From IMG/VR virus record IMGVR_UViG_3300031983_000005, positions 1-41,691 of that record: a stretch of DNA of 41,691 nt. One strand, given 5' to 3'. Below the pieces are notes generated by a model. The model did no database searches. It was given only the letters and a program-made list of their open reading frames with translations, and was not told where the DNA came from. How positions within the stretch are numbered: position 1 is the stretch's first letter; each line of letters starts with the position of its first letter. Origin of the DNA: a virus. This document shows, piece by piece, positions 6,941 through 13,367 of this stretch. The translations under genes were made by a program, and so were the position numbers.

Positions 6941-7294
6941 ATGTATAATGCTGCACCAGGTTTAAATTCCTACCTCGATTCAATCGAGCGCGTCGAGCAA
7001 TTACAAATCGATGCCGAGCACGCATTCAACCTTTTAGACGACGATCAAAAAGTCGCCCAGTTAATCGAGTGGAATAGCCTCGAATCCATCACCGACGCCG
7101 CCGGTTTTATTTTCGCCAGAAAATTACAAGATCTTGATCCCGACTACCTCGAATTTTTAGAGGCCGACGAAGATTATGATTCGCTTTTCATTCTTATTAA
7201 AAAAACGGTCGGCTGCGACGAATATTTCGCCAGCGCCCTGCAGGAAAAATTCGACAAACAAATCATCGAAAAATATGAAAGAGGAGAATTTTAA
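6941..7294 (+). CDS. Strongly acidic hypothetical protein (117 aa); first early-right gene
   Basis: Track ORF. RBS is AAAGGAG. By my count it has 27 D/E against 10 K/R. Confidence 0.75.
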   Translation: MYNAAPGLNSYLDSIERVEQLQIDAEHAFNLLDDDQKVAQLIEWNSLESITDAAGFIFARKLQDLDPDYLEFLEADEDYDSLFILIKKTVGCDEYFASALQEKFDKQIIEKYERGEF

Positions 7295-7295
7295 A

Positions 7296-7559
7296 ATGAA
7301 AAAAGCCGAACGAAATTTCGACTCAAATCTCGCAGTTTTGCCGGTCACCGAAGCCGCTGCAATCATCAAAGCCAGCCGGATTCATAACCATATCACACCG
7401 CGCCTGTTTTTAAGGTTTCGCGAAAAATCATCCGGTACCCGATTTTATAATCTCTTTGTCGAACGGTGTGAATTTCCCGAATGGGAAAAAGCGTTTCACT
7501 GTGTCACTTTCGCGAGTGCCGCGTTTATGGCAAAAACGATTCTGCAATATCGACCCTAA
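7296..7559 (+). CDS. Hypothetical protein (87 aa)
   Basis: Track ORF 7176..7559 trimmed to ATG 7296, which is preceded by GAGGAG (7281-7286). Sequence begins MKKAERNFDSNLAVLPV... Confidence 0.65.
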   Translation: MKKAERNFDSNLAVLPVTEAAAIIKASRIHNHITPRLFLRFREKSSGTRFYNLFVERCEFPEWEKAFHCVTFASAAFMAKTILQYRP

Positions 7560-7585
7560 CGTATTCCTCTCTCCTTTTTAACCAC

Positions 7586-7616
7586 AAAAAAAGCCGGTTT
7601 TTACGCCGGCTTTTTC
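7586..7616 (+). terminator. Rho-independent terminator (A-tract / hairpin / T-tract, potentially bidirectional)
   Basis: AAAAAAAGCCGG-tttttacg-CCGGCTTTTT. Stem is 7592-7597 / 7606-7611, with a T-run to 7615. Confidence 0.7.
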
Positions 7617-7771
7617 ATGAACTCTCATTCACTACCAAACACTCAAAAGAAAGGAACCGCCGCGTATTTCGGTGAGGAAATAGGGGGGTTATCTTGTGAT
7701 GTTGCCCATAATTTACAAAGATCCGGACCATTGTCAAGTGATCATATTTCCGGATCTGCCTCCTGGATTCT

Positions 7772-7902
7772 GCGAAAAAAGCGCAAAAAACTTTTTTTCG
7801 GCATGGCATTTGCTACGAAAAACGCTTTTCACGCTTAGAACGAAAAAAGCGCTTAAATAGGCCGTCAGGCTTAAAAAAGCGCATCCGTAAAAAGCGAATG
7901 CT
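7772..7902. repeat. Cluster of (G/T)AAAAA(A)GCG(C) repeats in a gene-free region
   Basis: Plus-strand copies at about 7775, 7818 (ACGC variant), 7843, 7873 and 7890. Further copies at about 8124 (plus) and 8098-8108 (minus). AAGCGCTT palindrome at 7848-7855. Confidence 0.7.
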
Positions 7903-7920
7903 ATCAATCGTTGCACTTCA

Positions 7921-7957
7921 AGATCATCGCTTGAGGGCAATCCTCGCGCGCTGTTTT
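7921..7957. repeat. Dispersed 37-bp element, copy A (AGATCATCGCTTGAG-GC-ATCCTCG...GTTTT)
   Basis: About 30 of 37 positions match 40224-40260, including a perfect 15-mer, AGATCATCGCTTGAG. Confidence 0.7.
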
Positions 7958-8075
7958 CGCCTTACTGTGTCTGTGATGAATTTTCAAGCCGCTTTCTGTC
8001 GTCGCCTTGCCTGTGCCGCTGTAAGATCTCGACCTCAGTCGCGTACTATGTCGAATCGAGGATTTGAGGCCTTTA

Positions 8076-8131
8076 AATTGGCACTCAGAGCGTCGCTTTT
8101 TTCAGCGAGCAAATCAAAAAGCGTGCCAATT
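8076..8131 (-). terminator. Large-loop inverted repeat just downstream of the last late gene (weak terminator candidate)
   Basis: AATTGGCAC (8076-8084) pairs with GTGCCAATT (8123-8131). Small inner hairpin TCGCT/AGCGA. Only a short U-run follows. Confidence 0.35.
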
Positions 8132-8149
8132 CACAAAAAGTCTGCAGCT

Positions 8150-8593
8150 TTATCGAGTGAGTGGAATCGCGAAAAAAAGTTGATGCGATTTTGTGGTTCT
8201 TGATTTGTTCGTCGTAAAAAATTGATACGAATATCCGAACGTCGGACCATATTCCCCGATCACGCCACCGACCAAACTGTTTAAAGTCAGCGCGACGCCG
8301 ACCGATAATAAGTAAGTCGATTCCTCTTGAGTGAAAATCGCTGCCGGCATGATATAAATTCCTGTTTCATAGTCGGATTCTTTCCAAAAACTATACCCTA
8401 ATCCGACCGCTCCGCCGGATAGGATATAAACCTCGCTTTCGCTCAGGTTGAACGTCGCCGGAATGATCAGCGCGTCCGCCCCATGGCTGGTATCTGGCAA
8501 AGTTTCGTCATAGAGTTCATAAACGATTGTGGTGTCCTGCGCGACCGCTGAAAGGAATAAAATCAGAATAAAAAAAATCGTTTTTGCAAACAT
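8150..8593 (-). CDS. Secreted protein with features of a small outer-membrane beta-barrel (Lom/Ail/OmpX-like moron candidate)
   Basis: Track ORF, 147 aa. Signal peptide MFAKTIFFILILFLSAVA-QD. Alternating hydrophobic strands. A GYSYQF motif resembles an OMP C-terminal signature but is followed by 23 more residues. Confidence 0.5.
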   Translation of the reverse strand: MFAKTIFFILILFLSAVAQDTTIVYELYDETLPDTSHGADALIIPATFNLSESEVYILSGGAVGLGYSFWKESDYETGIYIMPAAIFTQEESTYLLSVGVALTLNSLVGGVIGEYGPTFGYSYQFFTTNKSRTTKSHQLFFAIPLTR

Positions 8594-8604
8594 AATTCAC
8601 CGCC

Positions 8605-8916
8605 TTAATTTAAAATGAATGAATAGCGTTTCGTTTGAACCTCGGCAAATGTGTTAAATGTTCCCTTGATTTCGGCCGTATACCGACCAGGGCGCCAGGT
8701 GGCCAGGGTTTGTAAATTATAAAACCATTGGCCAACGCCGGAATTTAACATTGTTTGAGCCGGTATGACCGGCACGTCGGAATCATCGAAAATTGTGACC
8801 GTCGGATCTGTATCTGGATTTGATAAATTACCTGGCGGAGTTCCAAAGGGAACATATAAATAAAACGACGCTTCCACGACCAGGGCGCTTCCTAAATCTT
8901 TGCTCACATCTGGCAT
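8605..8916 (-). CDS. Hypothetical virion-module protein (103 aa)
   Basis: Track ORF directly downstream of the fibre gene. Confidence 0.7.
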   Translation of the reverse strand: MPDVSKDLGSALVVEASFYLYVPFGTPPGNLSNPDTDPTVTIFDDSDVPVIPAQTMLNSGVGQWFYNLQTLATWRPGRYTAEIKGTFNTFAEVQTKRYSFILN

Positions 8917-8945
8917 AACTGCCCCCTTCCCCGTTGATTAACGGA

Positions 8946-11159
8946 CTAATTTTTAATATTGATATCGATCTCTGTCGCCGATCGGATCACGACGCCGGTG
9001 TCGGCCAGATCTTCGATATTGATTTCAGTATTCAACCTGTCCGCGATTGCGATCGCTATATTTAATAAAAGATCCGGATAAATGCGAGCGGTTGGATCGA
9101 CTACGGTGGCCACCGCTGCAGCGATCGCGTTGACGATCGTCGTGTGAATTCCTGTGACTTCCGGACCGACCACGTCGCAAACTGCGTCGGCGATCGCGTT
9201 GGCGATGGTGATTGAGGATTGAAACGTATAGGGATCAACCGTTTTCGCCAGGACCGTCGCAATTTCACCGCTGATTAAAATCGAGGATAAGCCGACCGTC
9301 GGATCAACCATTTCGGCCAGGGCTGTCGCGATCGCGTTGGCGACTGTGATATTTCCCAAAATTGGCGCCGGATCTACCGCCGCCGCGATTACTGTCGCCA
9401 GGGCATTCGAGATCAAAACCGACGGAAATACGACGTTTGGATCAATGACGCTGGCGATTGCGGTCGCGATTTCGTTCGCGATTATAATTGATCCGAGCGC
9501 GACGGCCGGATTTGCGCTGCTGGTGATAGTGGAGGCGATCTCGCTCGATATTGTAACCGCGCCCAGGTCGACGTATGGATTCACAGTGCCGGCCAGGGCG
9601 GTGGCGATTTCATTCGATATCGTGATGCCTTGTTCAAGCAAAGTCGGATCGACCACTGTCGCGATCGCTTCCGCGATTGCATTTTGTATGGTTATCGATC
9701 CGAGGATAGTTCCCGGGACGACGACTGCAGCGATCGCCGTCGATATTTCATTGACGATCGTTATTGATCCCTGGTGTGTCGTCGGATCTACTCCGCGAGC
9801 GATTGCGTCCGCTATTATATTGGAAATTGTGAGGCTGTTTAAAACAGTCGTCGGATCAATCGTTCTGGCGATTGCGACCGCAATATCCGGAATGACGATC
9901 ATGCTGCTCATGCCGACAAAGGGTTCAATGACGCCGCAAAGCGCTGCAGCGATCTGATTCGTGATTAAAACGTCACCAAGGACCGCCGTCGGATCAATCG
10001 TGGCCACCACCGCTGAGGCAAGCGTCGGGGTCAACGTCACAAAATTTATAATATTCGGCGGTTGCTGGTTTGTAATCGCTGAGGCTATCGCGTTTGAAAC
10101 TGTGGTGTCACCAAGGATCACCGTCGGATCAATGGACCGGCCTATTGAGGACGCGATTAAATTTTGAAGCAAAACATTATTAATCACAGTTGGATCAACG
10201 CCGGCGGCTATCGCGCTGATCGGGGGAGGAGTCACTATTACACCGCCTAAAACATATTCGTCCGCCCCGATATCCCAAATTCCAGAGCGGGTATCGCCGG
10301 CAATATCATCTGAAAAAAGTCCCGATCCCGGATCGGATATTCCGGCATCTTTTAAATCGGTGTCAGTAGATTTTAAAGAAAAATCCTCGTTTGCCCAATC
10401 CTCAAAAACCGTACTCCAATCAGAGGGTGTTACAGGATGATCTCCATCTCCGTCATCAGAGGCGCAATAATCGATATTGCTTACACTATCAAAATCGTCG
10501 GCATTATTAAATGAAACACAGTTAATACAAGTCATCGTACCCGATAATTGTTTAAAACCATCGACAGATGTCGCTCCTTCTATAACGATATTATAACAAT
10601 GGCAGGTGCTTCCGCTAAATTCAATTCCTCTACGCGGGAAATCATATATTATTGTATTCCATATCTTTATAATGGCGTTGGTATTGTTAATAATTCCTAT
10701 ATATTTAACCGTTCCAACTCCGGCATTACCTTTTAAAATACTATTTGAAATTCTTAATTCATTACCCACATCTAACGCGGTATGATTAATACAGGCGATA
10801 TAAGTATCGGAACTTGAAAAAGAAAGCGTAAGTTGAAAAGCATCAACTCTTACAAAATTTTCCCTTACAGCCAAAGCGGTTTCGTCGATCGTGGATAATC
10901 TATATTTTGAAACGTCTAGTTCGGCGCTGCCTAATCTCTCTCCTTTTATTTCTATATATCTCGTGGCATCCGTGGTCCATCCAACAAGATCAACGACCGT
11001 CGTGTCTGCGGAACCGGAAGATGCTCTGCAATTTGCTTGAGCGATTTCATCTGCGGCAGGCAGATCTCTTTGCTGTGCAACTTCCCAGGCATTAAGGGAA
11101 ATATAATCAGTACCTCCCCCATTGTCGGGGTCGATTATATGTGAAATTACACTGGCCAT
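8946..11159 (-). CDS. Tail fibre / receptor-binding protein: N-terminal parallel beta-helix-like domain plus about 400 aa of tandem 23-aa repeats
   Basis: Track ORF, 737 aa. The N-terminal part has pectate-lyase-like repeat texture (NAIIKIWNTIIYDF, GIEFSGSTCHCYNIVIEG, TCINCVSFNN). The C-terminal part repeats DPTxxLGSITIxNxIAxAIAxVV. Confidence 0.75.
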   Translation of the reverse strand: MASVISHIIDPDNGGGTDYISLNAWEVAQQRDLPAADEIAQANCRASSGSADTTVVDLVGWTTDATRYIEIKGERLGSAELDVSKYRLSTIDETALAVRENFVRVDAFQLTLSFSSSDTYIACINHTALDVGNELRISNSILKGNAGVGTVKYIGIINNTNAIIKIWNTIIYDFPRRGIEFSGSTCHCYNIVIEGATSVDGFKQLSGTMTCINCVSFNNADDFDSVSNIDYCASDDGDGDHPVTPSDWSTVFEDWANEDFSLKSTDTDLKDAGISDPGSGLFSDDIAGDTRSGIWDIGADEYVLGGVIVTPPPISAIAAGVDPTVINNVLLQNLIASSIGRSIDPTVILGDTTVSNAIASAITNQQPPNIINFVTLTPTLASAVVATIDPTAVLGDVLITNQIAAALCGVIEPFVGMSSMIVIPDIAVAIARTIDPTTVLNSLTISNIIADAIARGVDPTTHQGSITIVNEISTAIAAVVVPGTILGSITIQNAIAEAIATVVDPTLLEQGITISNEIATALAGTVNPYVDLGAVTISSEIASTITSSANPAVALGSIIIANEIATAIASVIDPNVVFPSVLISNALATVIAAAVDPAPILGNITVANAIATALAEMVDPTVGLSSILISGEIATVLAKTVDPYTFQSSITIANAIADAVCDVVGPEVTGIHTTIVNAIAAAVATVVDPTARIYPDLLLNIAIAIADRLNTEINIEDLADTGVVIRSATEIDINIKN
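9017..10217 (-). repeat. About 17 tandem coding repeats of about 69 bp (23 aa) inside the fibre gene
   Basis: The recurrent units VDPT..LGSITI.N.IA.AIA..V cover roughly residues 315-715. The DNA is rich in GCGATCGC/CGATCG. Confidence 0.8.
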
Positions 11160-11935
11160 TAGTCATCAAGTTTAGATTTTAAATATTGAATTAATTCTGC
11201 CGGTGTGGCTGTGATTATTCCTCCCCGGGAAATAACATTATCCACCACTGCCTTACCAAAATAATAAAGACGTTTGGCAATTTTCATACGTGCTAATTTC
11301 CTTTTAAAGTCTTCCTTAAACTCAGAAAAAATATTATTCCGGGTTATTGTAAATACTATTTCCCGATTTGAATGGGAAATAATATTATCAGCCTTTTCTC
11401 TGATATATCTTTCCACATAAGTGGGGTTTAAATTCAATGCCGAATAATCGGCGGTTACTTCATGGATACCGGTCACTTCGTTATAAATTTCAGAAAACAC
11501 CACATCTTCCAAATTAGACCGATCATCCCAGAATATAGAGGATTGAATTGCATTAAATATGCTGATATCAAAAACCACTACATTTGGGACCACTAAAAAA
11601 ATCGCAGCGTTCCACTGGTCCAGGTAATTTTCAATCTGGATCCTGGTTAAATAGCCTTTGCCGGAATTGTCCGCCATTATAGAAAAGGCCCTGATCCTGT
11701 AACTATCTAATTCAGCGTTATGGTTTACAATTTCATAATCAATAACAAGATCCCATCCGTTTTGGTATTCTTCCACCGGTGCTAATAATAATTCCGGGAA
11801 TTTGATCACTATAAAATCCGGCAATTTCTCCATAGCACTATACGGGGTATCATTGGCCCGTACTTCCACCACATCGCCCCTTTTTATACCGAATCCCGGT
11901 TTGTCCTCATTTGCCCAAATTAAAAATTCTGACAT
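11159..11935 (-). CDS. Hypothetical tail-module protein (258 aa), AT-rich
   Basis: Track ORF. Its stop abuts the fibre gene start. Same low-GC block as the fibre N-terminus. Confidence 0.75.
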   Translation of the reverse strand: MSEFLIWANEDKPGFGIKRGDVVEVRANDTPYSAMEKLPDFIVIKFPELLLAPVEEYQNGWDLVIDYEIVNHNAELDSYRIRAFSIMADNSGKGYLTRIQIENYLDQWNAAIFLVVPNVVVFDISIFNAIQSSIFWDDRSNLEDVVFSEIYNEVTGIHEVTADYSALNLNPTYVERYIREKADNIISHSNREIVFTITRNNIFSEFKEDFKRKLARMKIAKRLYYFGKAVVDNVISRGGIITATPAELIQYLKSKLDD

Positions 11936-12369
11936 TTATGCTGCTTATCCTTTCCCTTTCCGGACGTGATAGAGGGAGCCTTTGCCGGCTTGATCAGATC
12001 GTCAAATTTGCCGCCGGCATTTAACTGATTATAAATATGAACCGGATGGTTTAAAGGCCGGCCGGTTCCCTTGCAGTGGGTCAATTTCCAGGTGCGAGCC
12101 TTATCCGTCGTTATCCGGATTCGCATTTTTCCGTCCTCGCCGGCGTGTTTTTTGACCAGGCGGCGCTTTAAAAGCCGCGTCATTAAAAGCCGCGCGACTT
12201 CTACCTCGGCGGAACTGGCTTTATCCGGCGTGATCGGGGCGCCCATTATAGCCAAAAACTTCGGATAAATAAAAGTGCTGTCAACTTCTAAAATCTCGCC
12301 GACGTGATCCTTTGATAATTTAGTCCACGCCGGCAAGTTTTTTATTACATCTGGATGAAAAGTAAACAT
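11920..12369 (-). CDS. Hypothetical protein (149 aa)
   Basis: Track ORF. RBS is AAGGAGTTAAATATG. Its 3' end carries the conserved 18-mer. Confidence 0.7.
   Translation of the reverse strand: MFTFHPDVIKNLPAWTKLSKDHVGEILEVDSTFIYPKFLAIMGAPITPDKASSAEVEVARLLMTRLLKRRLVKKHAGEDGKMRIRITTDKARTWKLTHCKGTGRPLNHPVHIYNQLNAGGKFDDLIKPAKAPSITSGKGKDKQHKCQNF
11966..11983 (-). promoter_or_regulatory. Conserved 18-mer AAAGGCTCCCTCTATCAC, copy c
   Basis: Perfect copy inside the 3' end of 11920..12369 (codes AKAPSIT), about 30 nt upstream of ATG 11935 and at a GC-rich/AT-rich boundary. Confidence 0.7.
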
Positions 12370-12436
12370 ATTTAACTCCTTGCCTTTTAGTTTGATGGCC
12401 TAAAAGTACAAAATTACCAATGGATTTAAAACACTA

Positions 12437-12895
12437 TTATGTTTCGTCCAGACGGATTTCAGTATCTTCGAGGGTCAGAGATTGGCTGTCGGAAACGGTC
12501 CGGTCTGATCCCAAAGAAAAATAACAATAAATCAAACGTGACGCGATGGTGGCGTTATCATCCGTTAAGCAAGCCCAACGGGCGCCGCCGCCGGATGATG
12601 GGATCGGTCCGCCGGATGCGGTCCAAATGAGATCTTTCAACTGAACGAATGCGCGGTCGTTCGTGTCGTCCTCTGTCCAGACGTCAAAATCCGTCGAGTT
12701 GAAAGCGAGGATTAAGCCGCCGGTCGCATAACCGTTACCGGCTGCGATTTCCGTCAACTCTGAAAACGTGTTAGTATCAGCTTCCGGCGAAGTCGCTGAT
12801 GTGAAAAGTGCCATATACAAATTTGTGGGTTTCGTTTCCGCGCGAAAATATTGACCCAGAACTTCGTATTTGCCTCTGTTTGTCCAACCTGGCAT
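12437..12895 (-). CDS. Hypothetical virion protein (152 aa)
   Basis: Track ORF in the distal tail module. Confidence 0.7.
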   Translation of the reverse strand: MPGWTNRGKYEVLGQYFRAETKPTNLYMALFTSATSPEADTNTFSELTEIAAGNGYATGGLILAFNSTDFDVWTEDDTNDRAFVQLKDLIWTASGGPIPSSGGGARWACLTDDNATIASRLIYCYFSLGSDRTVSDSQSLTLEDTEIRLDET

Positions 12896-12911
12896 AATTG
12901 CCTCCTGTGGT

Positions 12912-13355
12912 TTATGGGTGTGAAAGTTCGTACTGAACGTATGTATTGCTTATAAATAAAAGAGTACAAAGATCCTTTGTCCACCTGCGTGAAAAATATG
13001 AGGGAGTCGCTTCCTCGAGGGTGAAAAAAGCGTCGACGCCGTCAACTTCCTCGATAAAATTCGCGTCACCCCACGTTTTGATTTTAAAATCATTATCGCC
13101 GATCCATCCGAGCCATTTATCCATTTGAGTACGGCGCGCGGTTTCGCTTGATAATTTATATAAATGGAGGATCACTTCGTATTCCCAATGATAACCGCGG
13201 ACGAATGACGTCCGGATTCCGTTCAACGGCGATTGATATGTGAGCGTGTCATAAATTGGCCGGTTGATGCTTTGTTCCGGAAAGAAAAACGTCTGACTTT
13301 CCGACGGTGTTACTTTGAGATATGCACAAAGCCTTGTTGATCCAAATGCTGTCAT
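12912..13355 (-). CDS. Hypothetical virion protein (147 aa)
   Basis: Track ORF in the distal tail module. Confidence 0.7.
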   Translation of the reverse strand: MTAFGSTRLCAYLKVTPSESQTFFFPEQSINRPIYDTLTYQSPLNGIRTSFVRGYHWEYEVILHLYKLSSETARRTQMDKWLGWIGDNDFKIKTWGDANFIEEVDGVDAFFTLEEATPSYFSRRWTKDLCTLLFISNTYVQYELSHP

Positions 13356-13367
13356 TTCTGCCTTTTT

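Noticed and set aside
7615-8203. Track ORFs in the gene-free region (7481..7675, 7615..7809, 7617..7838, 7734..7940, 7898..8203)
   Set aside because: They are mutually overlapping on both strands, have no RBS, are rich in Arg/Cys/Phe/Ser, and are dominated by translation of the A-tract/GCG repeats. None looks like a real protein.
9523-9537. Extra partial matches to the conserved motif (GTGATAGTGGAGGCG at 9523-9537, similar at 19579-19591, and a shorter GTGATAGTGGA match starting at 27971)
   Set aside because: They match only the degenerate variant, they lie deep inside coding repeats (encoding IASTIT / IASTII / STITRG), and they are not near gene starts. They are most simply coincidental products of the Ile-Ala-Ser-Thr-Ile coding repeat.
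9337-9957. Long plus-strand ORFs antisense to the repeat regions (9337..9957, 206 aa; 9961..10167; 19722..20285, 187 aa)
   Set aside because: They lie opposite well-supported structural genes. They stay open only because the Ile-Ala repeat is written with quasi-palindromic GCGATCGC-type codons. They have no RBS or operon context and merely mirror the repeat.
9017-10217. The tandem repeats as a CRISPR array or the variable region of a diversity-generating retroelement
   Set aside because: The repeats are contiguous, in frame and coding, with no spacer structure. There is no cas gene, no reverse transcriptase and no template repeat anywhere in the genome.
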